A stretch of DNA of 64,000 bases from Bdellovibrionota bacterium (GTDB lineage: Bacteria; Bdellovibrionota_C; UBA2361; OMII01): positions 4,850 to 68,849 of the forward strand of contig JBIIOE010000003.1 in NCBI GenBank assembly GCA_044337105.1. The letters run 5' to 3'. How positions within the stretch are numbered: position 1 is the stretch's first letter; each line of letters begins with the position of its first letter. The notes beneath the pieces were generated by a model. It was given only the letters and a program-made list of their open reading frames with translations. It was not told the DNA's origin and made no database searches. This document shows, in pieces, positions 46,920-57,108 of this stretch. The translations under genes and the position numbers were made by a program.

Positions 46920-49454
46920 TCACAAGCTCCAGCCTCTTTTCATCCTCGGAGGATAGGCAAGTACAAAATCCTCGCTCAAGTTCGTTAGGTTGGGATTGTA
47001 GTACGGGTCGCTGTTAAGAGCGCGCCCCCAGCGCTTCTTCATGAAGTCCACCTCGCGCTCGAACCGGGCGAATTTCTCCGGGGTGTTCTCGTATCCTCGA
47101 CTTGCGGATTCATGGTGGTACAGCTCCGCCTGAGGTTCGTACACTATTTTGTAGCCCTCTTTTCGGATGCGCAGGCAGAGATCTACATCGTTGAACGCCA
47201 CCGACAAGAGCTCGTCAAACCCATTTATCTGCTCGAATACATCTCTTCTCATGAGGATACACGCAGCTGTCACAGCGCTCAGGTTTTGACTGAGAATGGC
47301 TCTGTTGAAATACCCCGCAGCTTCCTTCGGTTGTCCCTTGTGGTTATGGCCGGCTACGCCCCCTATTCCCAGAATCACACCGCCATGCTGGAGCAGGTTG
47401 TTTGGAAACAAGAGTCGAGCACCCACAGCCCCTACCTCTTTCCGCACGGCCTGGGCCACCATCTTTTCCAGCCACGCAGCGCTCGTAAATTCGAGATCGT
47501 TGTTGAGGAACCCAAGGATTTCGCCGCTGCAGTGTTGTACTCCGACGTTGTTCAAAGCAGAAAAATTAAATGGGCGATCGTCTCTGACAACCTTCACATT
47601 CGCGCGCTTTTTCAAGCTGTCGAAGTAGGTGAAGGTCTCCTCTTCGATACTGCCGTTGTCGATGACGATAACTTCGAAGTTTTTGTAGGAAGTTCGATCG
47701 AAAAGGCTCTCGATGCACTGCTTAAGAAGGGAGACCTTGTCTCGTGTCAGGATGATGAGAGAGGTCTTGGGTGATCCTTTCGGCAGCGGTCGTTCTACAG
47801 AGATATGAGAGATCGCATGCCAGATGGAAGCTTTACCCGGCTGGCCGGTGCGGTCGAGATGTTCTTGTACTGCACGGCGTTGAGCCTCGAGCACGTAGGG
47901 CTTGGCGGAGGTTGATTGCGCCGTTGAACTCGGAAGAAGTGTCCAGTGATACAATACATGGGGAATGTGTCGGATCTCATCCTCACGGAGGTTCTCGCTC
48001 ACGCGCAGGATCAAGTCCCAATCCTGTGCTCCATCGAAACCTGTTCGCAGTCCGTCGACTCTGTCTATCTCGGATTTCCTGATCACGAGCAGGTGGCATA
48101 TGTAGTTCTGCTGGAGTAACAACTCCGGATTCCAGTCAGATTTAAAATGGGGATTAACCCTCGAGCCGTGCGAGGTCTTCTTATCCTCGTCGCTATAGAT
48201 CAGTTTGGTGCTCGGGTAGCTATTCAACTCTCGCGCGACCAGATAGAGGGCATCCGGCGTCAATTCGTCATCGTGGTCCAGAAATGCCACATACTCACCG
48301 CTAGCGAGCGTAAGGGCCGAATTTGTAGCAGCCGAAATGTGGCCCGATGAATCGCGAAATACGGCTTTTATGCGAGTATCTTTGGCGCAGTACTCTTCGA
48401 TGGTCTTTCGAACCTCTGGGTCCGTCGAGCAGTCGTCGGCAAGGCATAACTCCCAATTTTGATAGCCTTGATTGAGAACTGAATCTAGGCACGCGCGAAA
48501 ATGATGGATCGGAGGGTTGAAGACCGGTGTCACTACCGATACCTTCGGTTTGAGCTCCAGCTTGTCGGCCGCAGCGCGGATGCGCTCATTGTCTGCCTCG
48601 GAGAACGAGTCGAATCGAGCAACCCACTCATGATAATTGTCAGTGACGCGCGAGCCGAAGATTTTGGCTTTGAGAGCGACGAAGCCCCCCTCTCTCACAC
48701 AATGAAATGCCTTTCGCAGTTTTGTTAGTAGGAGGCGAGGATCGGAGAGGAGCGGTCGTATCGTGTTGCTAAAAAGTAGCGATACGAGATTGAGGCTCCC
48801 TAGGTGGCGAATGGTGATGTCGGAGATCGAAAACTGTCCATCAAAGTCGTACACCTGCAGCTGCAGATCGTGTATTCCCTGTGGAATCTGGATCAGTTGT
48901 CGGCGTGTCTTGTTGGAGTCGAAAGAGAGCAGAAACCGCTCAGTCTCACTGAAGCCTTTGACGGAGCCGTTTCTCCGGCCCAAATAGAGAAAAAAGAAGA
49001 GCGTACCCTTGGGGGTCCCTACACCTGCTTCAAAGGAATAGAATCCAGGTTTCAATCCGCTCTTCTCCACCTCGTTGTTCTCGAATATCAGGTCGAAGGT
49101 GGGGGTCGGTCCGTTGATGACGTAATGGTCTCCTTGGAGCGCAAGGCTACGCAGGACGACCGGTGTTGCAACGTAGTTCCTTCGACCCAGCAGGGGGAAG
49201 ATGCATCTCTTCGCGTTGCTCAAGCCACGCAGGGGCGCCGTCGCTCTCCATGAGAGCGAATGAGTGATCAGATTAACCTGACGCTTGTATTCATCCCGCT
49301 CCTTTTCTAGCCGTTTGATGTCGTTGAGGGCCTTCTCGAGACGCGCTGCGGCCAGTTGCTCCGATTCACCGGATGTGTCGTTGCCTTGTGGATTGGTGGA
49401 TATCAGGACCGAATCAACGCCTACCTCGGCTTTATGAGCTACCTCGTTAGCCAT
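46920..49454 (-). CDS. Multidomain glycosyltransferase with two GT2 domains and an N-terminal coiled coil
   Basis: 844 aa. First GT2 domain: VSVVTPVFNPP...DDCSTD...FLDHDDEL. Second GT2 domain: TSLIILTRDK...VIDNGS...LNNDLEF. Confidence 0.88.
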   Translation of the reverse strand: MANEVAHKAEVGVDSVLISTNPQGNDTSGESEQLAAARLEKALNDIKRLEKERDEYKRQVNLITHSLSWRATAPLRGLSNAKRCIFPLLGRRNYVATPVVLRSLALQGDHYVINGPTPTFDLIFENNEVEKSGLKPGFYSFEAGVGTPKGTLFFFLYLGRRNGSVKGFSETERFLLSFDSNKTRRQLIQIPQGIHDLQLQVYDFDGQFSISDITIRHLGSLNLVSLLFSNTIRPLLSDPRLLLTKLRKAFHCVREGGFVALKAKIFGSRVTDNYHEWVARFDSFSEADNERIRAAADKLELKPKVSVVTPVFNPPIHHFRACLDSVLNQGYQNWELCLADDCSTDPEVRKTIEEYCAKDTRIKAVFRDSSGHISAATNSALTLASGEYVAFLDHDDELTPDALYLVARELNSYPSTKLIYSDEDKKTSHGSRVNPHFKSDWNPELLLQQNYICHLLVIRKSEIDRVDGLRTGFDGAQDWDLILRVSENLREDEIRHIPHVLYHWTLLPSSTAQSTSAKPYVLEAQRRAVQEHLDRTGQPGKASIWHAISHISVERPLPKGSPKTSLIILTRDKVSLLKQCIESLFDRTSYKNFEVIVIDNGSIEEETFTYFDSLKKRANVKVVRDDRPFNFSALNNVGVQHCSGEILGFLNNDLEFTSAAWLEKMVAQAVRKEVGAVGARLLFPNNLLQHGGVILGIGGVAGHNHKGQPKEAAGYFNRAILSQNLSAVTAACILMRRDVFEQINGFDELLSVAFNDVDLCLRIRKEGYKIVYEPQAELYHHESASRGYENTPEKFARFEREVDFMKKRWGRALNSDPYYNPNLTNLSEDFVLAYPPRMKRGWSL

Positions 49455-49768
49455 TACTGCTGCTGCTCCTCATCTGCTGCCAAGAACGTCGGGGAACCGT
49501 CGGATCGATCGCTCGCCTGCTCCCAAGCCCCGAGACGTGGGGCGGTGTGGTTCGTAGGGGTTTGCCTTGATTCCTCAGGTTTACGGGACGTGTCACGCAT
49601 CCACGTTGCCGGGGTGATTAACTCATAAAAAGGTTTTGCATAGCAAGGTTTCCTGTCAGAATCTAAAGGAAGGGTGGTACCCCCCTGCCGGCTAGCTTTT
49701 GTAGTGTAGGAACAGGGCGAGCATCGCAGGCTACACACACGGAAGTTCATGCTCAGTATGTTTTGTAG

Positions 49769-52700
49769 GTGTTCGCATTGAAGGGTTTTTTCAGCTATCT
49801 CACGAGCGGGATCTTTTGCACGTTGAGCCTCTTGGTCTCGATTACCAGCGCCGCTGCTCAGGTCACTATCACGTCTCCCTCTACAGCGACCAGGATTCGA
49901 GCCTGTGACGATCTTGCAACCGACATGTACGGCGATCCGTGGGACATGTCGAACTCGGCAGATATCAATAACTTCATCTCGGGTGATATCTCTGCCCTCG
50001 GGAATCCACGTTTCGTTGGGGGGCGCTTCTCCGCGGTTATCGAGGCGAACAACGCCGCGACCTTTTATCTCTTCTCTCCGAAAATAATCGGTACCACGCT
50101 CTCTGGTGGCAGGTATGGACAGGATCTCGATCTGACCGCCTCGCGTGCTCAGAAGTACCGTCAGCTCGCTATCCGTATGTATACTGATACGGCTGAACCG
50201 AACAGCGGCCTGCGCTTCATCTTCAATCGAGGTACTGACTATGTACCGAATCGTACGGTCACTCAGAGGTTCGCCTCGAAGGCTGGCTGGCATGTGTATC
50301 GATTCGACATGCCGACGATCCCCATTAGCGTTGGTGAATCCTCGAATGCAAATCCTTGGAGCGCCGGATCAATTACGAGCCTAGCGGTCATGCCGGCTGC
50401 GCTTTCCGGTGCGCAGATAAGCATCGACTACATTCGTCTCGAGGATCCAGCATCGTGTCCTACGGTCAACGTGACCTATCAAGCGTCGCCGAACGCCGAC
50501 GGTACGCGACACAGTTTGTTCCTCGATGACAACGATAATCCCTTGGATGGGTATATCTCTCGTTTGGTTCACAACCAGCCTGCAACAGGGATAGGTGCTA
50601 CGATCTCAGCTGCAACTCATGGTCTGGATCGTGGGGTTCCTTATCGGATCGTCGGGTTTCTCCACGACGATTATGCAACCCTAACTAACGAAGACCCGTG
50701 GGATATGCAGAGCCTCAACGACGTGTTGGTGAGCGGCGGCCTCTCGAGTCTCTCGAGCAATGGCTCTGTGCTGAGCGGCACTGCAAACTCGTCAGTACCT
50801 TCGGTGTATCTCCGTGTCGGTTCCTCAGGAATCGATGCCTCGGTCTTTAAGCATTTTTCGATGAAACTCTCTCAGAGCTCTCCGAGCACGGCAGCTCTGT
50901 TTTGGAACACTACGACAGGAGCAAGTGGGGTCTCGGAGCTAACTGATTCGAACGCCGATGGAGTGTACGAACTCGATTTGGGGGCGGTAGGTTCGTGGAG
51001 TGGCACCATTCGAGAGCTGATTGTGCGCCCGGTAACTGTCCCTGGGCAGTCGTTTTCAATCGACTTCGTTTCGCTCAGGGCGAATGGTTTCGTCAGCACG
51101 CTTGCTGATCCTGTGGTCTACTCCTCGTCGGGAACGATCACGCAAAATGCCCCTCCGCTCATATCTATCCTGCGACCCGACAAGCAAGGGGGGGAGGCGT
51201 TTCAGAGTTGGAACATGAATGTCGGCGATGCAGTGCTGACGAGTAATCTTGCCAAGGATATAGACCCGTCTTTTCCAGCCGAGTCCCTCACGGCGTACTT
51301 GCCCGACGTTCGCATCGTGGAAGGGAATCGAGGAGATTTCTTAAAGGGCACGAACCTTCTCGGGAACGATGATCCCAATATATATTTTACCTTCCCTTAC
51401 AGCAGTGACCCATCAATCATCGACGCTATATCGTACCGCAACCTCTGCATGAAGCTTCTGATCCAGAGAGATCTCGATGTGTGCCTCGGCTCGATAGTAA
51501 AACCGGTGTGGCTCAACGCCGATAACACCTTTACCGACACCCAAGCAGCGATCTCTATTTATGATCGGTGGGGCGGTAGTCGATGGTATGAGTACTGCTT
51601 CGATTTGCCGAAGATGAATCTTCTCGGGGAGGCTCCACAAGCCTGGGCAGGAAACGTCACCGGCTTCAGGGTAGATCCGCACGAGTTTTCTCGCGATACC
51701 TGTGGTTCAGAGGGGGCTCCTGTTGGTAATCCGACTCAAACGACCTTCATGCTCGATTGGGTGAAGCTCACCAAGGATGTAACGGCCGATACAGGATCGA
51801 CGAGTATCTTGATTGAGACGGTCGATGCTGATGATACCCCTTTAGTCGATCTCTTCTTGGCGACATCGGCTAGCGCATCTGGGGGTATCAAGGTCGCCAG
51901 TGGGATTCCCTCTGGGAAGCGGGTGCACATACTGCAAACTAATGGGATAGCGGACGGCTCCTACTACCTCTACGCCGTAGCTCAAGATGGTTTGAATACT
52001 GCAACTCGCCTCGCTAGTGGACGGCTGGTTATTCGCAACCAAGGCGCAGCTCAGCGTGCTTCGCCGGTACTCAATGTGGAAGCGCCTTTTAATGGACAGA
52101 GTGTGTGCTCGTCCATTCAAGTCAAAGGCTTCACGCTACTCACCGATAAGGTCGAGCGAGTGACGGCAGTCGAGCTGCTTCGAGGAGGTGTGTCGGTGGG
52201 AATTCTCGAGCCGCGCGAATTCTCTCTAGCTGCAAGAGACGCCTTTGCTCCATCTCAGTATGAATCGAGCAACAGCGGGTTTAATGGTGCCTTTGATGTC
52301 TCTTCTTGGCCCCTTGGAGAGAACGTCGTTGAGGTAAAGGCGTACTCTCCCGATGGAATGGTGACCTCGAGTGGTCCCATACGTGTCTCAAGAGTGGTGT
52401 CGGGGTGCCCCGATCCACTCTTTGATCCGCAACCAGCGGGTGCAGCGCTTGCTATGGATGCCCCGGAAGTTACCCAACCGAGGCCCACGGCCACGCCACG
52501 CTTTCAGCCGCCGATGATAAAGAGAGCAAGCATATCTTCGGCGGGGGCCTTTGATCTTGTCGTGTCGTCGGTGAACGACCGGTCGGGTGCGTGTTCGTCT
52601 GAATTAGCTGTCAGTGCCAAGCCTACCGGGGTCTTCAAGAGGGTAAAGTCGCTCGTGGCTGAAGGTACGACCTATTCAGGTAAATTAAGGAACAGCGGCA

Positions 52701-52858
52701 TAGGGCGAGGTTCGCTCAAGAGGGCCTATCTGAGGGTTTCGAAGAGCTGTCCATATGGATCCGGGGCAGCGACCGCACAATTGAGGTTCAAGCAATCAGC
52801 GAGTGGCAGGATCAGATCGCTTTCCCAGCTGATCTCGCGGTTGAAGCGGCTTCCCTAA
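49769..52858 (+). CDS. Large secreted protein, function unknown
   Basis: 1029 aa with a GTG start. Signal peptide LSLLVSITSAAAQV. Composition is rich in beta-type residues. I recognise no catalytic motif. Confidence 0.72.
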   Translation: MFALKGFFSYLTSGIFCTLSLLVSITSAAAQVTITSPSTATRIRACDDLATDMYGDPWDMSNSADINNFISGDISALGNPRFVGGRFSAVIEANNAATFYLFSPKIIGTTLSGGRYGQDLDLTASRAQKYRQLAIRMYTDTAEPNSGLRFIFNRGTDYVPNRTVTQRFASKAGWHVYRFDMPTIPISVGESSNANPWSAGSITSLAVMPAALSGAQISIDYIRLEDPASCPTVNVTYQASPNADGTRHSLFLDDNDNPLDGYISRLVHNQPATGIGATISAATHGLDRGVPYRIVGFLHDDYATLTNEDPWDMQSLNDVLVSGGLSSLSSNGSVLSGTANSSVPSVYLRVGSSGIDASVFKHFSMKLSQSSPSTAALFWNTTTGASGVSELTDSNADGVYELDLGAVGSWSGTIRELIVRPVTVPGQSFSIDFVSLRANGFVSTLADPVVYSSSGTITQNAPPLISILRPDKQGGEAFQSWNMNVGDAVLTSNLAKDIDPSFPAESLTAYLPDVRIVEGNRGDFLKGTNLLGNDDPNIYFTFPYSSDPSIIDAISYRNLCMKLLIQRDLDVCLGSIVKPVWLNADNTFTDTQAAISIYDRWGGSRWYEYCFDLPKMNLLGEAPQAWAGNVTGFRVDPHEFSRDTCGSEGAPVGNPTQTTFMLDWVKLTKDVTADTGSTSILIETVDADDTPLVDLFLATSASASGGIKVASGIPSGKRVHILQTNGIADGSYYLYAVAQDGLNTATRLASGRLVIRNQGAAQRASPVLNVEAPFNGQSVCSSIQVKGFTLLTDKVERVTAVELLRGGVSVGILEPREFSLAARDAFAPSQYESSNSGFNGAFDVSSWPLGENVVEVKAYSPDGMVTSSGPIRVSRVVSGCPDPLFDPQPAGAALAMDAPEVTQPRPTATPRFQPPMIKRASISSAGAFDLVVSSVNDRSGACSSELAVSAKPTGVFKRVKSLVAEGTTYSGKLRNSGIGRGSLKRAYLRVSKSCPYGSGAATAQLRFKQSASGRIRSLSQLISRLKRLP

Positions 52859-53096
52859 GGTGGCAGTTTTTATTGAGAAATTATCGGTCCTTTGCGCTTC
52901 GAAGAGGCCTCTTGGCACTCGAAATCTAATCGCCTCAGTGTGGAGCCTCCCCTTACTTTAAGCCGCGTATGAGGGGGGCGAAAGTCAAGCAGACAGCATT
53001 CCATTGAAGGCGGCTGGCTGCTAGACTGCCGACTCGGTGGGTGGCTTTAATCCCGGCTAGCTCTCCGGCAACCTTTTTATCTTTCAGGAAGCGCGT

Positions 53097-54149
53097 ATGA
53101 GCGAGCGCCGCAGGATCGTTCTTATAGGCTTTGGGAGAATGGGCCGAAATCACTTTCGAGTGATGATGGAACATCCCCTTGTGGACGTGGTTGCCGTTGT
53201 TGACCCGTTCGTCTTGAATCCCGCAACTCGTCCCCTGATACCAGAAGGAGTGCTCGCGCTCACCACTTTGCAGGAGCTGCTTGGGGTCGATTTTGATGCG
53301 TTTGTTGTGGCGACCCCTACCCAGACCCACTTCAAAGTGGTGAAGGAAGCGATCTTTTTCAAAAAGCCGATCCTCGTCGAGAAGCCCATTTGTAGCTCTG
53401 TGGAAGAGGGTGAGGAGCTTGCGCGACTTGCGAATCACGCTGAGATACTGCTCGCTGTAGGTCACGTAGAGCGACAAAACCCTGCGATTAGAAAATTGAA
53501 GGAGGTCGTCGATTCCGGAATTATCGGCGAGCCTATTCACTGCAGCGTCACCCGCGTGGGTGGTTATCCTGATGACGTTCGAGAGGGGAACAATGTGCTT
53601 CTCGACCTCGCCGTTCACGATCTCGATGTTCTCCAGATGGTTTTCGGTCCTTTCGAGTACCAATCGAGCTTTGTGCACAGCACAGTAAAAGAGGGGATCT
53701 TCGATACCGCACAGATTATGGGCGTCTGTTCAGGGCGCGTGAGTGCTGACATTCACGTCAATTGGATCACGCCGACAAAGATCCGAGCTATTCGTCTCAC
53801 GGGAACGCATGGTGTGTGCTTCGTTGATTACATGCTGCAGACCTGCTCGTTGATGGGAGGCAATCTGCTGAAGCATCGGCCTGATGTCCACTTCTCGTAC
53901 AACGAGCTGATAGAGATGTATAGAGGATCGGACAAGATAGAGTTCGGAGTAACTCGACAGGAGCCTCTGCGTGTTCAATTGGAGCAGTTTCTCAAAGGTC
54001 TTGATGGCAAGCCTCATTCGTTGTGCCTTGCACCTGAGGCTTCTCGGATCGTTGCACTGGCGGAGCAATCGCTGGATGAGGCGAGAAAAATGCATGTGGC
54101 ACGCGTACCGGTTAATCAGGACAGCTCGCCGCGTCGAGTGGTGGCATAG
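53097..54149 (+). CDS. Gfo/Idh/MocA-family NAD-dependent sugar-nucleotide oxidoreductase (GnnA/WbpB-like)
   Basis: Rossmann N-terminus IVLIGFGRMGRNH, plus EKP motif VEKPI. Confidence 0.9.
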   Translation: MSERRRIVLIGFGRMGRNHFRVMMEHPLVDVVAVVDPFVLNPATRPLIPEGVLALTTLQELLGVDFDAFVVATPTQTHFKVVKEAIFFKKPILVEKPICSSVEEGEELARLANHAEILLAVGHVERQNPAIRKLKEVVDSGIIGEPIHCSVTRVGGYPDDVREGNNVLLDLAVHDLDVLQMVFGPFEYQSSFVHSTVKEGIFDTAQIMGVCSGRVSADIHVNWITPTKIRAIRLTGTHGVCFVDYMLQTCSLMGGNLLKHRPDVHFSYNELIEMYRGSDKIEFGVTRQEPLRVQLEQFLKGLDGKPHSLCLAPEASRIVALAEQSLDEARKMHVARVPVNQDSSPRRVVA

Positions 54150-54166
54150 CTTCGAGGTATATTGCG

Positions 54167-55312
54167 GTGACAGATCTCTCAGTGCCATTCATTAATCTGG
54201 GCCGAACCGTAACGCGCATCCGTGGTAAGGTGCTCGAACAGTGGGAGACCGTCTTGGACAACCTCGAGTTCGTGGCCCCGCCGCGTGTAGGTAAGCTCGA
54301 GAATGAACTCAAGGAGTCGCTTAGCGTTGAGAACGTATTCTGTTGCGCTAACGGAACTGACGCGATTACTTTGGCGCTTCAGGCTGCGGGGATTGGTACT
54401 GGTTCAAAAGTCGGTGTTCCGAATCTCACCTTCTGGGCAAGTTACGAAGCGATCGTGAGCGTAGGTGCCACACCTGTGCTTATCGACATCGATGCAGAGG
54501 ACCTTCAGCTGTCCTTCGAGGAGCTTCAGGTAGCACACTCGCAATATGGGCTCAGCGCCATCGTGTTTCCACACCTGTATGGCTTCGCGTCCCTCAATCT
54601 CGAGAAGATCCGCTCTTTTTGCCGCGCGAATGAGATCAAGGTGATTGAGGATGGGGCGCAATGCTACGGCGTCAGGGTAAGGGGAGAGGAGATCCTCTCA
54701 GGGGCTGAGATAGGTACGCTCTCCTTCTATCCTGCCAAGGTAATAGGTGGCTGCATGGATGGTGGTGCCGTGCTTGGGGCAAATGCGGAGATGGTTGCCC
54801 TCGCTCGTAAGCTCGGTAATCACGGTCGTAGCCACCATTACTCCTACTCGCACGTAGGATGGAACTCCCGCATGGGAGGGCTACAAGCTGCCTTTATCAG
54901 CGAAATTCTCACCATAGAGAGCGAGATTTTGAGCAGTAGGCGCTCTGGGTTACAACTCTACAAGGAGCTGTATGATTCGACGCCAGCTATTCACGACCAG
55001 ATTGAAATGAAACTTCCCGGAGATGGGGTGCTTGGTAACGGCTACCTCTCGGTATTTTTGTTGCGCGATCGAGATGCAGACCCGATCAAGGAAGCGCTCC
55101 AGGCTAAGGGAATCGGGTGTGGGCGCACGTATCCAGAGACGATCTCGCAGCAGGTGTGTTGTGCACAGGATCTGAAGGCCTCTGAGCTACTCGTTTCGGG
55201 CTCTGTGTGTCGAAAGGTTCTCAACCTACCGCTTTTTGCGTTCATAACCGCAGAGGAGTGCGAGCGATCTTTCAAGGCGCTCGTTGAGGTGCTGTCGCAC
55301 CAGAAGGAGTAG
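54167..55312 (+). CDS. DegT/DnrJ/EryC1/StrS-family PLP aminotransferase (GnnB/WbpE-like)
   Basis: 381 aa. Typical start (PFINLGR) and fold-type I sugar aminotransferase pattern (NGTDAITLALQA; SFYPAKVIG). Confidence 0.9.
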   Translation: MTDLSVPFINLGRTVTRIRGKVLEQWETVLDNLEFVAPPRVGKLENELKESLSVENVFCCANGTDAITLALQAAGIGTGSKVGVPNLTFWASYEAIVSVGATPVLIDIDAEDLQLSFEELQVAHSQYGLSAIVFPHLYGFASLNLEKIRSFCRANEIKVIEDGAQCYGVRVRGEEILSGAEIGTLSFYPAKVIGGCMDGGAVLGANAEMVALARKLGNHGRSHHYSYSHVGWNSRMGGLQAAFISEILTIESEILSSRRSGLQLYKELYDSTPAIHDQIEMKLPGDGVLGNGYLSVFLLRDRDADPIKEALQAKGIGCGRTYPETISQQVCCAQDLKASELLVSGSVCRKVLNLPLFAFITAEECERSFKALVEVLSHQKE

Positions 55313-55317
55313 TTGTA

Positions 55318-56013
55318 ATGATTGGTGCCGGTAACATTATCCATCCAACTGCGGTCATTGGGCAGAACGTCAAGCTTGGAAGGGATAATTACATCGGTCC
55401 TTACTGCGTTTTGAGCGGTGATGTCGATATCGGAGACAATAACAAATTCATCTCGCATGTCTCAGTAGGTTCGCCACCGGAGCATCGTGGATTCAAGATG
55501 GACCCGGAAACATTTGATTCGATCGGCAAGATTACGATCGGATCAAACAATAGTTTTTTCGAATTTGTCACTATAAATCACCCGTTCAAAGATCTCACTG
55601 CGATAGGCTCGGATTGCTTCATACTGGGGCACGTGTACCTTCCTCATGATTGTATCATCGAGGATGGCGTAACTATCGCCAATGGATGCACGATCGGTGG
55701 GCATTCGATACTCATGAAGGGATGCAATCTCGGTTTTTCGGTGAGTGTTCATCAATTTTCGACTATTGGGCCCTACTGCATGGTCGGGATGGGTAGCATA
55801 GTTTTGGAGGACCTCCCCCCTTTCTGTGTCTACGTGGGGACAGGGCCTCGGCGATTGCGCCTCAATTCTGTGGGCCTATCTCGTAACGGCTTTGACGAGG
55901 CAACCGTTCAGCAACTGCAGCAGTGGGTCGAATCGGGGAGCAACGAGTTACCAGAGATAGCTGCGGTGCAAGCGGATATCAGGCGCTACAAGGAAAATAG
56001 TGGAAGGCGTTAG
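55318..56013 (+). CDS. LpxA-family hexapeptide acyltransferase
   Basis: Aligns by eye to E. coli LpxA: IHPTAVIG, IGPYCVLSGDVDIG, SHVSVG, LPHDCIIE (catalytic His), VHQFSTIGPYCMVGMGSIVLEDLPPF, LNSVGLSRNGF. At 231 aa it is shorter than canonical LpxA. Confidence 0.85.
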   Translation: MIGAGNIIHPTAVIGQNVKLGRDNYIGPYCVLSGDVDIGDNNKFISHVSVGSPPEHRGFKMDPETFDSIGKITIGSNNSFFEFVTINHPFKDLTAIGSDCFILGHVYLPHDCIIEDGVTIANGCTIGGHSILMKGCNLGFSVSVHQFSTIGPYCMVGMGSIVLEDLPPFCVYVGTGPRRLRLNSVGLSRNGFDEATVQQLQQWVESGSNELPEIAAVQADIRRYKENSGRR

Positions 56014-56025
56014 CTTTGAGAATCT

Positions 56026-56769
56026 ATGGAAATAAGTAGACAGAAACACGCTATCGATAGCGGCCTGCTCATCGTTGCAAACTATAATCAAATGGCCGAA
56101 ATCGGCAGCGTGCTCGAGCGTTGTGAAACATACTTTCCCAAGAGCAATACGGTCGTAGTGGACGATGGCTCGACAGATGGTTCCTGCGAGTATGCCGAAG
56201 AGCGCGGGTTCCGGGTGATACGCCATGAAAGGAACATGGGAATCGGAGCTGGAATTCGCACAGGAATAGACCATGCGATTGCCAACGGCTACACCTGGGT
56301 ACTAATCTCGTCTTCGAATGGAAAGATTCGACCAGAGGATTTCGCAACTGTATATACTCCTCTGATTAGCGGAGAAGCAGACTACGTCACAGGTAGTCGT
56401 TTTGCTCGAGGAGGAAGCAGTCCGGGTCTGACGCCCTTCAGGCGATTCGCTATTCCGATATTTTCGCTAGCCACCTACCCGTTCCTTGGCCAACGCTTCA
56501 GTGACATTACCTGTGGCTTCAGGGCGTATTCCCTGGAGCTGTTTAAGGATACCAGGTGTAATCTTCACCAAGATTGGCTCAATCGTTACGAGCTCGAGTA
56601 CTACATACATTATTGGGCATGTAGACTTGGAGTTCGTATCAAGGAAGTTCCCGTCATGATCCCCTACACGCACCTGGCCAAGGGGAGAAAGAGCAAGATA
56701 CGCCCGTTTGTCGGGTGGTGGTCCATGATTCGCCCCTTTGTATATCTACGCTTGGGATTGCGAGCCTAG
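56026..56769 (+). CDS. GT2 glycosyltransferase, polyprenyl-phosphate sugar transferase-like
   Basis: LLIVANYNQ...VVVDDGSTDGS...GIGAGIRTG. Size and motifs are typical of DPM1/ArnC/GtrB-like enzymes. Confidence 0.85.
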   Translation: MEISRQKHAIDSGLLIVANYNQMAEIGSVLERCETYFPKSNTVVVDDGSTDGSCEYAEERGFRVIRHERNMGIGAGIRTGIDHAIANGYTWVLISSSNGKIRPEDFATVYTPLISGEADYVTGSRFARGGSSPGLTPFRRFAIPIFSLATYPFLGQRFSDITCGFRAYSLELFKDTRCNLHQDWLNRYELEYYIHYWACRLGVRIKEVPVMIPYTHLAKGRKSKIRPFVGWWSMIRPFVYLRLGLRA

Positions 56770-56770
56770 G

Positions 56771-56810
56771 GAGGCAAGGCATCGCAGCAGGGAAGGGGTT
56801 TGCCTCGCTT
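56771..56810. repeat. Miniature copy of the MITE-family ends, forming a hairpin after the GT2 stop
   Basis: ATCGCAGCAGGGAAGGGGTTTGCCTCGCTTC matches the right end of the 182-bp element. GAGGCAA/TTGCCTC can pair. Confidence 0.5.
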
Positions 56811-57108
56811 CTCTGGCTGCTCCCTCTGTGTACCTCTGCGTCCTCCGTGGTTTCATCCCTACATGCATGAGTTGAATACTCATGCGTCGACAGGACTGTC
56901 GCTCGTCAAGCAAGCGTTCTCCGCTTTAGCTAACTTTGATCGGCAGCCTAGCTTTTTGGTTAATGAACGCAGAGGCCCGAAAAAAGCGGAGGGCGCAGCC
57001 GATAGCAATTCGCCCGGTTTCGCTCTTTGAGTGTATGTCATGTAAGTTCAAGAGTAGTTCAACTTGCTAGCAAGGGGGGGGGTGGCTGCAATACACGACT
57101 CGGTAACG

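Noticed and set aside
49454-50293. 279-aa minus-strand ORF
   Set aside because: It overlaps the 5' end of the 1029-aa secreted-protein gene and the intergenic region. It is Arg/Gly/Ser-rich, has no Shine-Dalgarno, and has no recognisable motif.
52953-54188. Minus-strand ORFs 52953..53678 (241 aa) and 53730..54188 (152 aa)
   Set aside because: They are antisense to the clearly identified Gfo/Idh/MocA oxidoreductase gene.
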